Part shown: piece by piece, positions 42,381 through 57,380 of the stretch
How positions within the stretch are numbered: the stretch's first letter is position 1
Layout of the letters: the number at the start of each line of letters is the position of its first letter
Source of the DNA: the human T2T-CHM13v2.0 reference genome, Homo sapiens
Reading direction: 5' to 3' (one strand)
DNA: 64,000 nucleotides
Assembly: GCF_009914755.1 (NCBI RefSeq)
Contig: NC_060932.1
Notes under the pieces: model-generated
What the model saw: the letters and a program-made list of their open reading frames with translations, nothing else
What the model was told of the DNA's origin: nothing
The model's database searches: none
Program-made: the position numbers and the translations under genes

Positions 42381-44102
42381 AAATGATTACAAGTCAAAGT
42401 GTCATGAGATACTCCCAAAGAAGCAGGACAAAGGGATGTAGTGGCCCTAAGAAGGGAAAGGTGCCATTTGACTGTGGTGGTCTGGGAGGATCCCACTGAG
42501 GAGGTGGCATCTGAGCTGGGATGGCAGAGCAGCAGCGCACTCCAGGCAGAAGGTGGCAAATGGGCAGAGGTGCTGAGAGGCTGGGCAGGCAAGGGGTGCT
42601 TGTGGGAGATCAAGGTGTTGATTACAGCATCAGGCAGGTTAGAGGGGATGTACCAGACACATCCATGGTGCGGCCCGCAAATGCCTTCCCTTCCAAGGGA
42701 AACTATCTTAGGTGCTCCTCAAGCAGATGGCCCCAGACCCCACCAAAGTGGAGTGAGCAGCTCACCCTCAGAGACGAGCTCGTGGGCTGGTCATGCTGTC
42801 GACCTGGCTGCACCTGAGAAGCTGCCCAAGCCAGGACAACTGGCCAGCTGATCTGTCTCATTCACTGGGACTGGGAGATGTGGAAAGAATCCAGAGTTGG
42901 TGGTGGGAGCTGGAGCTAAAAGGAAACACAGCAAGCCCTGAGGCAGCAGGAGCCAGGACGGCCATGGGAGAGATAAGGTTATGAGTAAGTGAGAGGAAAA
43001 CCTGAGTAAGCAGGAGGTGTTGGAAACCCAGTTGTGAGTAAGCCTAAGCTCTGAGCTGGCTGATGGCAGCAGGAGCTCTGGGGGGAGATGGAGAGACGCT
43101 GAGTCACCACAAAGCACTGAATCAAAGAAGGCCTGCTGCCCACAGGGGGCAAGACAGCCCAGGATGAGCCAGGCCCAGGGCCTCTACCATGCTTCCTGTC
43201 CTTGCCAGGAGTCTCCTAGCTCTCCTGTGTCTCAGTCCTGGCCCAGATCCTGGCAACACGGGGGACCCAGTAAGCACAGAGCAGCAGAGGGAGACAAGGC
43301 CAGGAGGGAGGACAGGGAACAGGTTGGGGAGACCTAGCCCCAACTCACCTCCCAGCCCCTCTCCCCCAGGCAAGCCCCTCACTGATTCCATCCCATGGCC
43401 CCTGTCAACCTCACTGCCCATCTTGGTGCCTTCAGATGCTCCACCATTGCTGGGAACTGTGTGGTACCCCCAGAGTGAAGCAATACCATGGCTCAGCTGA
43501 CTCGGCTTCTCCCAGTAAAGGAAGAATGGGCTGGCTGAGCCCGGTGCCAGGACTCTGTAGATGCTTTCAAGCTACCGTCTCTGGATAATTATCACTATGC
43601 TCATTTTACAGACTAGGTTAGGGCATTGTGCTAGGTGACTTTCCTGGGGTCACAAAGGAGTGGGCAAATCTCTCTGCAACTGACCTGCTCTGAAACCTTA
43701 CCATGATTTGAGAACATATCAATTCATTAATTTATGCATCCAATATTATTAGTGCCTACAATGATCCAGGAACTGAACTGGTTGTGGAGATACATACGTG
43801 TTACATACATACTAATGGAGAGTGTGTAGATCATTTCAGACACTACAACGTGCTATAAGAAAACAAAATAGAACCTTGTAATGGTGAGGGACTCAGTGGA
43901 GGTCAGGAAGGGCCTCTTTGAAAAGATAACTTTTGAGCAAAGCCCAGAATGACAAGAATGAGCCAGCTATGTAAAAGTCTGTGAGGCCAGTATTGCAGGC
44001 AGGTTGTTAAATATATATTCATTCATTTATTAGAGGCACAGTCTTAAATCAGTAATATTTATTTCCTGGACGCCATTTAGAGTAGCTTCAAGACAGTAGT
44101 AG

Positions 44103-44411
<309 letters not shown>

Positions 44412-45407
44412 ACTGAGCTTCATTTGTAAGAGGAAGATCATATCCATCGTATAGTTCGGCTGAAACTGCTGGTTTCTCTCCCAGGGTCCATTCTCCCCTT
44501 CTTCACTACCAACACATCCTAATTTTGTGTGGGATGGTAATGTGCCCACCTGACATGCTCCTCCAAAATCTCTTTGCTGCTAGTGGTGCCTGTGGACATC
44601 GTTCTTATTTATCAGATGAAGCTGGGGTTGGAGATGGAGTTGTCATCTTGTGACCTCAAAGCAACCAGCATGATAACAAAAGCCAGCACACCACAGACGG
44701 CAGAATGGAAAGGCAGTAAGAATCTGGGTCCGGTCTCTCACAAGGTTGTTGAGTCACTACACCAGTCCTGGAATGCTGATCTCTGGAGAACTTGTTAGGT
44801 AAGAAATGATCTCCTCTTGGTTAAGCCAGAGGGTTGGGTTTTCTGTTATCTGCAGCCAAATGCATGTTACTATAAAGTTCTTAAGAGGATTACATGAAAT
44901 AAAGATGATGCCTAATAGAAACTCATTACATGATTGCTATTAATATTTGATGATGAGGTCATCCAAGCATTCCTTGCTTTCCCTTCATTTAAACGCTTCC
45001 CAGCACTTTGCACAGAAGCCTGCACATAGAAGGGCCATAACTGTGATCTCTGAGAAACAAAGAAATGAATTCTGAGACCAGGAAGAGACTTTTACACATT
45101 CGATCTGAATCGGGATATAAATGCTTGTCTTTTAGAGCTGAAAAGTAAAAAGGTGGAGTTAATGTTTTCCTCGCAAATTAAATGGCAGCTCCAGTGACCT
45201 GTTTAGTCATCCGCATCATGTGGAGGCAACAAGAACAAGGAGGCATGAGCGGTTGATGGAAAGTGCGTCCTTCCTTCACGTCAGATGTCACAGTTACACT
45301 TCACTGGTGGTCTTGTTGGGTTTGATTTACACACAGATAAATATGCAAGCTCAGCAGTAAAGGGCCTCCAGCCAAGATTTTGTTCTGTATTTAAAAAGAA
45401 AGCTCCA

Positions 45408-45621
45408 GGCTGGCATGGTGGCTCACGCCTCTATCCCAGCACTTTAGGAGGCCGAGGTGGGTGGATCACCTGAGGTCAGGAGTTCAAGGCCAGCCTGGCC
45501 CAAATGGCGAAACCTTGTCTCTACTGAAAAAAAAAAAATTAGCTGGGCGTGGTGGTGTGCACTTGTAATCCCAGCTACTTGGGAGGCGGAGGCAGGAGAA
45601 TCGCTTGAACCCGGGAGGTTC
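45408..45621 (+). mobile_element. AluS lacking its 3' end and A-tail, with intact TSD
   Basis: AAAAGAAAGCTCCAGG on both flanks. Confidence 0.88.
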
Positions 45622-47279
45622 AAAAGAAAGCTCCAGGGTCAGGCTCTTCAGATTCCCCTCAAAGCCAGGGCAAGCTGCTCACATCATGAGACAGCCAAGC
45701 ACCTGTGAGTCTGGTGTGGTGGGGCCGAGGATTGCCCGGGAGCCACTCTGTCCCTTCTGCAGGTCACCCCTGCTGCCCCAGGTGTCCCCCAGTGTCTCTG
45801 TGGTGACGCCACCACCAAGGCTCGCTGCCCTGAGCCGCCGACCCTCTCCCTGTCTCGCAGCCCACGGCCCGGGGATACAAGGTCCAGCTGGGACAGCGCA
45901 TCCATGAGCCAAGTGACCTTGCTGTCTGTGGGCTGCAGTTTCTAGAACCGAGCACAATGTTGGGGAAGCCAGATTGCAAAGCCCAGCAGGCTGTTCGAGT
46001 AAATCAGCCATCTGCGGCCTTGATCTGAGCACCCGTGGGGTGGAGGCGGTCCCTGAGCAACCTGCACGTGGACTTCATCTGCCTCACGGGCACTTTGTCT
46101 TGGAAGCTGAAGGGCACAGCCCAGGCCAGACACTGTCCTGCCCCTGCAATCTCACATGTCCTCTATATTTCTGGGTATGTGCCCTGCCACCAGTGCTGGA
46201 TCCATGATTCCTTGAAGGTGGGAATCTTGTCTTGTTCATTCTTGTCTCCTGGTGGCATTATTTGTTGGGATGGGGAGTGAGAAGAAAACCTGTGAATTGC
46301 ATGAATTTGTAAATCGGATGGACGTGGAGTGGAATCTTGACTCTCACATTTACTCCCTTAGGAACCCTTAGACATATTGTTTACCCTCTGCTCTTCAGTT
46401 TTCCTGTCTTGTAGATAGGATTAGCAATAACACTGATCTCTCAGCAGTGATGCAAGGGTTGAATGAGACGACACAGGTGAAGGAATTAGCATGGCAGCTG
46501 GTAAACCGGAGGCATGGAAGAAATGGGTACACCTCTAAGCATGAGAATTTACGTCTTCCTGGTGCATAGCTTTAGCTGAGACACTCCTATCCAGTACAGA
46601 CAGCTCCATCCTGGACCCTCTCTTCCTTCCTTGCCCCACCCTTTCTGCCACCTCATCTCCCCTTTTCTGGAATTTTCCACTCCGCATCCAATCCTTGGAT
46701 CTGAGCAGACACCTCCACCCTCTCCTCCCCTGGCATGGTTTTGTACTTTCTGTTTTCCATTATCAGTTTCTGGGAAGCTGGTCCTCTGCTTGGAACCCCA
46801 TCCACTTTCTAAGCTTTTCTGTGGCCAGCAGGTGAGTGGTGCTGCTTGGGGCGATGGCAGTTTTGCTCACCTGAATGAGGCATCTGGGTTGCATGTTAAA
46901 GTACAGCTTCCTGGATCCCAGCCCTCGTTTGAGCACCCCCAGTGTAAACAGACCAGCTTCTGTAGATTTGGGGTTCTGTCTACAGGATGCCCCAGCTCTC
47001 CAGGGTCCAGGCAGCCTAGTGTTGACATGAGACATGGCCAGAACCTAAGCTCCAAAGTCTGGGCAGTGGAGAAGCGTGACAGGGGAACAGGAGCAGGTGC
47101 AGTCAGGCACCAAGTTACACATTTGCTGGGCATATAATGAGGAAGCGATGGGGATGGTGACATTGGACCTGAGATCTGAATGACAAGGATCAGATCTCAG
47201 GAATAACAGACCATCTGATGGTCTGTTACGGGGAGAAGCTTACAATTTGGGATCTACTGTCAAGAACAAGATCAGGATT

Positions 47280-47626
47280 TGTCATAATCCATTTTATGTG
47301 GCTATAACAGAATACCACAGACTGCATAATTTATAAAGGAAAGAAATTTATTTTTCAGCTTTGGAGGGTGGGAAATCCAGTATCAAAGTGCTAGCATCTG
47401 TCGAGGGCATTCTTGTATCACCCCATGGTGGAAGGCAAGAGGGTGAGAGAGAACAAGAGATGGAACTCACAGCCTCAAGTCCTTTTAGATCTGGCATTGA
47501 TCTATTAATGAGAATAGAGCCTTTGTAACCGAAACACCTCCCATTAGGCCCCACCTCCCAAAACTGTTGCCTCGAGGATTAAGTTTCCAACACATGCTTT
47601 CGGGGGGACACATTCAGACCATAGCA
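47280..47626 (-). mobile_element. MSTC/MSTD-type (ERVL-MaLR) solo LTR
   Basis: TG...CA ends, 5-bp TSD GGATT, GGGGACACATTCAGACCATAGCA terminus. Confidence 0.82.
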
Positions 47627-47869
47627 GGATTCTAGATGAGTCTCTTTTCATTTGACACAGTGTGATGTTTTTAACCAACTAACCATCAAAGAACCGATCC
47701 CTAGAAATAGAGTCTCCTTGGAATGGTGTCTGTGGCTGAGGACTTCTGTGGTATTGTCTGCCCCTCCTCAGGGGGCTGAGAAGTGCCTTCCCAGACTTTG
47801 CACCTCATTTATTCCAGGGTTAAGGGCACTGGCTTTGAGGAAAGGAGACCATGGGTTCCAATGCTGCTG

Positions 47870-48500
47870 GTCACTTATTCATTCAGAATCCATCAACAAA
47901 TGCTGGCTTCTCTATGTGCCATACACTGATTTAGGTTCTTGGGAAACAGGCAAACCTCTGCCCTCACTGGGCTTTTGTTCTATTAGGAGAGACAGGCAAC
48001 AAACAAGTAACAGATCATAGCTCTGAGTGACATGAAGAAAATGTAGTGGGTCTGAGGCGTGATCTGTACTTGTGCATTTCACATGGGGTGAGGCGCTCTC
48101 TGAGAGGTGACATTGGACCTGAGATCTGAATGACAAGGAGAAGCCCTCCTGTGAAAACCTGAACAAATAGCCTTCCAGAAAGAAACTGCCCGTGCAAAGG
48201 CCCTGAGGAGGAAATGAACCTGCCAAATGTGAGGGACAGCGGAAGGAAGCTCCACCGCGGTGGAGGGCCATGAGGGAAGCCAGAGGAAAGAATCAAGGAA
48301 AGCTCAGAAGTGGAGTTCAGATCACGTGGTGCTCTGTAGGCCAAGAAGGGAGCTCAGATTCTATTTTGAGGGTGACTGGAGGCCACCGAGGCGTTTTGAA
48401 CAGTGGAATGATGCAATTTATCTTTTCAAAATGTGACCTGGGCTGTTGAATGGGGAGCTGGCTGATGCAGGGGAGGGGCAGGCACAAAGCCAGTAGAAGG
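47870..48500 (-). mobile_element. L2 fragment
   Basis: TTATTCATTCA..CAACAAATG..CTATGTGCCA; GAGGTGACATT.GACCTGAGATCTGAATGA; GTGCAAAGGCCCTGAGG. Confidence 0.75.
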
Positions 48501-49079
48501 CCCTCCATCTGACATCCCCTGCCTCACTGGCCTGTGCTGCTGAGACCCCAGCATGCCTTGCCGTCACCCTTGTCCACATTTGCACGATGCCTCAATCCAT
48601 CTCTTCTGGTTTAGAGATGACAGAGGCACCCCTTCCTCTTCCCCAGCTGCTATTAACACAGGGTGCGAGAGCCCAGAACGACTCCTTCCCACGCTCCTTT
48701 ATTCTCTCTGCAGACAGTCTTCCCACCACCTTGTTCCGAGGCTCTGGGTGAGTGTTCCAGAAGCTGACGAGATGCAGGATCGTCTCCCTCACACACACAA
48801 ATGCCATGGCAACAGCAACTCCGTGACAACAGCAAAGAAAGCCAGACTGGAATTTGCCAACCCAGAGTGTCGACCATCTGTGAGGCCAAACCCTCCAAAT
48901 GTTGCCCGTTCTAAGTGCTCATCTCAACCAGGCTTTTGTACATAGCAGAGGCGACATTTAAGTGACATAAGAATAAACATTGGGCACATGTGAAATCCCT
49001 TTAAAGTGTGCATTTTTCTGCCCCAATGTGACTGAGATGATGACACAATGAAGAAAAAGGGGGGACTAGGTTTGAGTGA

Positions 49080-49541
<462 letters not shown>

Positions 49542-49726
49542 AAAGATTTGTGAATAGTTCCATCAAAGGCCCCAATAAATTTAACCCTCTGGGTCTTGAG
49601 TTTCCATGGGTCTCCTTTTGTTCTTATAATAACAGTGATAACATCTGGTAGGAACTGTGCCAAATCCTTCATATGTATTTTCTCACTTACTCTTTGTAAC
49701 AAACTTAGGAGGAGGTACGGCGATTA

Positions 49727-50061
49727 CTGTTGGCCCTCCATATCTGCGGGGATTTGTGGGTTGGGTTCTACCAACTGTGGATTGAAAATATTTGGGGGAA
49801 AAAAATCCACAATGAAAAATAACAATAAAACAATAAAAATAATACACAATTTCAAAATACAGTATAACAACTATTTCCATAGCATTTTCATTATATTAGG
49901 TATTATAAGTAATCTAGAGATGATTTGAAGTGTACGGGAGAATGTGCATAGGTTGTATGCAAGTAATACTCCAATTTATGTAAGCAACTTGAACATCCTT
50001 GGATTTTAGTATCTGTGGGGGTCCTGGAATCAATCCCCCCACAGATATCAAAGGATAACTA
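49727..50061. mobile_element. MER2 (TcMar-Tigger non-autonomous element)
   Basis: TA flanks; GGCCCTCCATATCTGCGG; TTAGGTATTATAAGTAATCTAGAGATGATTT; AATCCCCCACAGATATCAAAGG. Confidence 0.82.
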
Positions 50062-50148
50062 TACCTTTGTTTTAAAGAAAGTTGAGAAAACACGCACCAG
50101 CTTGGAGCTTGCTGGAGGCCGGGCAGAGGCAGACTGGCTGGGAAGGAT

Positions 50149-50446
50149 TGTTTTCTTTTTTTTTTTGAGATGGAGTCTTGCTCTGTCACCCAGGCTGGAG
50201 TGCAGTGCCATCTTGGCTCACTGCAAGCTCCGCCTCCCGGATTCACGCTATTCTCCTGCCTCAGCCTCCAGAGTAGCTGGGACTACAGGCGCCCGCCACG
50301 ACGCCCGGCTAATTTTTTTGTATTTTTAGTAGAGATGGGGTTTCACCATGTTAGCCAGGATGGTCTCGATCTCCTGACCTCGTGATCCACCCGCCTCGGC
50401 CTCCAAAAGTGCTGGGATTACAGGCGTGAGCCACCACGCCCAGACC
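50149..50446 (-). mobile_element. AluY with TSD AAGGATTGTTTTCT
   Basis: CTGCAAGCTCCGCCTCCCGG and GTTAGCCAGGATGGTCTCGATC diagnostics. Confidence 0.92.
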
Positions 50447-51111
50447 AAGGATTGTTTTCTTTTACTTGCTGCCTAAATCCTTGGAAGCTTTGGGTGACCC
50501 TGGGAACAAGTGAAAGTAAGGCTTAGGTGGAGGCGGAGGCTGGGGGAGTTGTGGGAAGGCCACCCTCAAGGGCAGGTTGAGGGACTTCGGGGAGGGCCCT
50601 TCTTGAAGAGGCCAGGGTGGAAGACAGGAAGAGCTGTTTTGGAAAGCGAGGCTGGTGGATTTGGCTGAGGGTGTGCGGAGCTTGATGGGACAGAGAGGAC
50701 TGAGCTGGTGGATACACACGGGAGCCAGGTGCTCAGGAGAGGCCAGGCTGGATGGGCACACCCGGGAGCCATCAGTCAGAGACGATGACAGCATTTTTGG
50801 CTCGAGTCTACAGGTACTTCTCTGGGGCCTGCGCTGCCCCCTCAGGCCACTTCTGCCCCTGCCCTGTGTCCCCAAGACATGCTCATCTCTGTGCCTGGCA
50901 GGGCTGGGCTCCTTCCTGCCTCCCTGCTTGACCAGGAGCCCCTGTAAGCCACCGACCATGCCCAGCTCATCTTAGAGGCCTCAGCTCCTGACCAGGGCCA
51001 TCCACGTCAGCATGTGTGGATCCCAACTTCCTCCTAAACCCAGGAACTCCTCACCTTTCTGCTCACTCCACGGCATCACAGCAGTAGCAAGTACTCGCAA
51101 TTCTTCCTCCC

Positions 51112-51516
51112 TGTCGTGAGTTGAATTGTGTCTTCCCAAAAGATCTGTTGAAGCTCCAGCTCCCAGTAACCGTGAATAGGACCTTATTTGGAAATAGGGT
51201 CTTTGTAGATGCAATCGCGTTAGGCTCAATTGGGGGGCCTAAACTTATCTGAGTGTCTTTATAAGAAGAGGTACGAGAGACCCACAGGAACACCACACTG
51301 GAGGCAGAGATTGGAGTGGGGCAGCTGAAAGCCAAGGAACGCTGAAGATTGAAACCAGAAGCTGGAAGAGGCAGGAAGGTTCTGCCCTTAGAGCCTGGCC
51401 CTGCAACACCTTGATTTCAGGCTTCAGTCTCCAGAACTCTAAAACAATACATTTCTGCTGTTTTCAGCCCGCATGTGTATGGTGCTTTGTTACGGCAGCC
51501 ACAGGAAACCAGCACA
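51112..51516 (+). mobile_element. MLT1B/C solo LTR
   Basis: GTTGAATTGTGTC..CCCAAAAGAT; CCTTATTTGGAAATAGGGTCTTTG; TTTGTTACGGCAGCCACAGGAAAC. Confidence 0.82.
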
Positions 51517-51625
51517 CTCCGTGAGGCCCTCTTTCCCATCTCCCCTCCTGCCCTCGCTCCCCACTGCCTGGCTCTGGCCTTCCCTGCTCTTCCCTTTCCA
51601 TCCAGCAGCCCTGGTGCCACAGGAG

Positions 51626-51657
51626 GGCTGAGTCACAGGCTGAGTCACAGTGAGTCC
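51626..51657. promoter_or_regulatory. Tandem AP-1/ARE motifs (candidate enhancer core)
   Basis: GGCTGAGTCACA twice, then GTGAGTCC. Confidence 0.45.
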
Positions 51658-52604
51658 CCAAGTGCCCAGTGCTGTCCCACACCTTTGCCCCTGCTGTTCC
51701 CCTGCCTGAGCTGCCCTCCCTCTTGTCTGATGGTGACTTCTACGCATCCTTCAAAACTCAGGTCATCTCCGTGGTAGGGCGGTTCTGACCTCCAGATTGA
51801 GGCAATCATTCCCTCCACTGTTCTTCCCTTCAGCTCACCTCTTGCCCCCACTCCTCATGGCAGAGCCAGTTTAATTGCTTCTTATTTATGCCCCCTTTCC
51901 CCCGCCTCGAAGCATGAGTCTCTTGAGAGCAGGGAGTATGTCCCGTGGCAGAGACTCAATCATGGAGGTTGGTTGGCTGTGTAGAGGGCTGGATGAACGA
52001 CTGCATAAAAAAACTGGTTGGCTGGATGGTCAGACAACAGAAAACCTGAGAAAACATCAACACGATTGGCTCTGCATGCGCGATGTGCTCTTGTGGCCCT
52101 GGTGTTAGCAGGGAGGGATCCAGGGTTTGTGGGATCCGATGCTGATACAACTGAGGGGCATCCCCTTCCAGAAAAAACTACAAAAGCAGGTACAGGGCTT
52201 TAGAGGGGGCGCAGAAACGTAAGCTTTATCAGCATCCCGGCAAATTCACCTTTGCTGTTCGCTTCGCTGGGCACACCCCCATGTCCCGGCCTTGAGCTCC
52301 TGCCGCGCTCACCACTTCCTCCTTGCCTGACCGCGGACCGCAGGCAGCACTTTCGCTGAGATTGCTTCCCCTTGAGGTCTGCAGGTCTCTGGGCCCGGGA
52401 GAGCCTCCGCTGTCTCAGGAGCACAGGCTGAAGCTTCATCAGCCTCCAGCCCAGCCAGGGTGAGCGCCACCTTTAGAATATGTTTGCCTTGCCTCCTCCC
52501 ACATGCTGCCCCCGTGGCTGGCCAAGCTCCATGGGATGGGGGTGCCAAGGAGACCTACGTTTCTGTCACCTGCTTGCAGGCTTGCAGGATCGTGGAAGGG
52601 CTAT

Positions 52605-53030
52605 TGTGGTATATTTGTTTTCAAAGCTCTTGTAACAAATGACCACCAACAGGGTGTCTTCAAACAACAGAAATTTATTCTTCCAGTTCTGGAGGCCAAA
52701 TGTCCAGGTGCCGGCAGGGCCGCTGCCGCCAAAGGCTCTGGGGCAGGATCCTCCCCACTTCTTCCTGCTCCTGGTGGCTCCTGGCAGCTCCTGGCATTCC
52801 TTGGCTTGTCCTGCCTCCACCTTCACATGGCTTTCCCTCTCTGTCTTCCCACTTCTTATATGGACGCCGATCATTGGATTTAAGGCTCACCCTAAAGCCA
52901 GGATGATGTCAGCTCAAGATCCTTCACTTGCATCTGCAAAGACCTTTTTCCAAATAAGGTCACATTTACAGGAACCAAGGGGTTAGGACTTGAACAGATC
53001 TCCTGGGGGACACAATTCAGACTGTTACAC
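52605..53030 (-). mobile_element. MLT1B/C solo LTR
   Basis: TGTAACAAATGACCACCAAC..AACAACAGAAATTTATTC..; CATCTGCAAAGACCTTTTTCCAAATAAGGTCACATT; GGGGGACACAATTCA. Confidence 0.82.
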
Positions 53031-53149
53031 ATGGGGACAATGATCGGACCCCACCTCACCTGGGAGGACAGCTGGCTGCTCTGCAACTGCAGAGATGGGA
53101 GGGCCCTACAAAGAGCCCACCCATCACTCCACAGCTACCCGTGCTCCCT

Positions 53150-53400
53150 CTTTTTTTTTTTTTTGAGAAAGAGTCTTGCTCTGTTGCCCACCTCGCAGGT
53201 TCAAATGATTCTCGTGCCTCAGCCTCCTAAGTGGCTGGGACTACAGGCGTGCACCATCATGCCCAGCTAATTTTTGTATTTTTTTGTAGAGATGGGGCCG
53301 TGATGACCAGGCTGGTCTCGAACTCCTGACCTCCCGTGACCCACTCGCCTCAGCCTCCCAAAGTGCTGGGATTCCCGGAGTGAGCCACCGACTACACCCA
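53150..53400 (-). mobile_element. Alu with internal deletions
   Basis: Reverse-complement Alu segments. Confidence 0.8.
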
Positions 53401-55109
53401 GTCAGTTGGCAGCAAGACCAAGAGCTCCTGGGGACAGGCGCATCTTCCACCCCAGCTTCACCCCCACCTGTGGAGCCTCCACCGTTTGCCCCTCTGCTTC
53501 CAGCCTTCATCTTCCCCTCCCTCCCTCTGACTGGTCCTGAGTAAGTAGTTCTCAGTCTTCCCCCCTTCTCCCCGTTTCCCCTGCACTCCTCTTCCTGGCC
53601 TCCCCCTTGGCCTGGCTCCAAGCTCCAAGCAGAGGGTGACAGGGAAGCGGCTGGGAAGGCGCCCTTTCCTGAGGCCCCTCGCAATGGAGATGAGCTCTGG
53701 GCCGGGACTTCACCAGGGTCTCCTCCTCTGTCTGTGCACTTGGCAGTCCATCTTTCTGGAAAAGACCCCTCCACACACACACACCCAGAAACCCACCCAC
53801 CTGCTGGTTCTGGCATCTCGTCCCATTCCTGGCTTGGTTACCACCTGCCCTAGCCCGTCACTCTAGATCTCAGCCTCTATTTGGGTCCTTCAGGACATTT
53901 GTTACTGCCATAGGGACGCCTCTGCCCCCTCCTCGGGTTTCCTTGGAGGCAGGCTGACTCCACGGGTGGGGGCAGAACAGCACTGGTCCCTCCCCGTCAC
54001 TCCCTGGGGAGAGGGAGTCTGAGGAGTCCGGGAAGCCCAGCCTGCCTGTGGCCCTTGGGATGGCTCCCCGTGGCCAGCTCTCCCCTAGTGGGCACCGCCC
54101 CTGTTTGGCCCTGCTCGGCCCCTTCCTGGGATGGTTATGTTTAATTCAGGAGGAAGGAGCAAGAGCCCATCTGGTTATGAGTCAGAACAACTCCAGCAGC
54201 TTCACATTTCCAGCACGGAGCTGACACTTCAGCCCTTACCACCTGCTGATTCTGTTTCCTAATTAATTCCAATTGCAGAGGTGAGGGGGTGAGATGAATC
54301 AACACCTTCAAATACCCCACACTCGGATTTCATGGTGTTTTGTTTTTATTTGCCTCTGCTGGTTTATTTTTGTTGGTTTTCCCTAGGAAGGCAGTGAAGT
54401 ACCTGAGGGCAAGCCTGGGTCTGGGTCTTGCAATCCTATCCTCAGTGCCTAGATGCCCAGTGAACACTGAATTCATCATTGTCCCCCTTTTACAGAGAGG
54501 GCTGTATGTCACACAGCGGGTACACGGGGAGCCGGGGTTTAAAGGAGTGTTTTCATGACCCTAATCCCCTGGCCGCTGACCTCCAGGCTCAGAGCCTGAC
54601 TCATGTAGAATATGCCAGGCCCTTAGTGGCCTGTGGGCTGGCTTTGTGCCCAGAACCAGGGACGTGAGTATCCAGAGCTCACTTCCCCGCTGCTCTCCTC
54701 CTCCCCAGGCCCTTCTTGGCTTGCTCCCGCAGGAAGCCCTCCCTCAGGTATCATTTCCTACAGAGGAAATCTCCTTTGTCCCTGGAAGTGCAAATCTGGC
54801 TGTGAGAGTGGCAGGCCTCTTGGGGGCTATTGTTTGGCACTTCCTTCTTGGCAGTGGGCCTTGGGCTCCTGAACCCCTCTGCTGCCTGGCTGTCCAGGGT
54901 CTGAGTGCTCCCAGAGGCCCCCCAGGCTGGAAGAGCCAGTTAGTCAGTTAGATAACTATGACTTGGTTCCTGCCTTCAAGGAGGTAAGAGTGTGATGAAA
55001 GACCTCAAGCCAAAACCACCCAGAACCATCCAGAACCAACCAGAATCCCCAACCAAGCCCTTCCCAAACTCATCACCCACAGGGATTGTGAAAAATAATA
55101 AAACAATTA

Positions 55110-56556
<1,447 letters not shown>

Positions 56557-56705
56557 TAGCAGCTGCCTGTACACATCCTCCTGAATCATGCCACTCTCAT
56601 GCCCAACACCAGTGTCTGCTCCTGGATTTCCCACTGCTTGGCCCTTCCTGTACCCTGATGGAAGGCGATTAGGAGGTTATTGCAGGGTTGTCTCTGCCTG
56701 GGGCC

Positions 56706-57380
<675 letters not shown>

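Noticed and set aside
51112-53030. Two MLT1 LTRs as ends of one provirus
   Set aside because: They are in opposite orientation and the intervening sequence is not recognisably MaLR internal sequence
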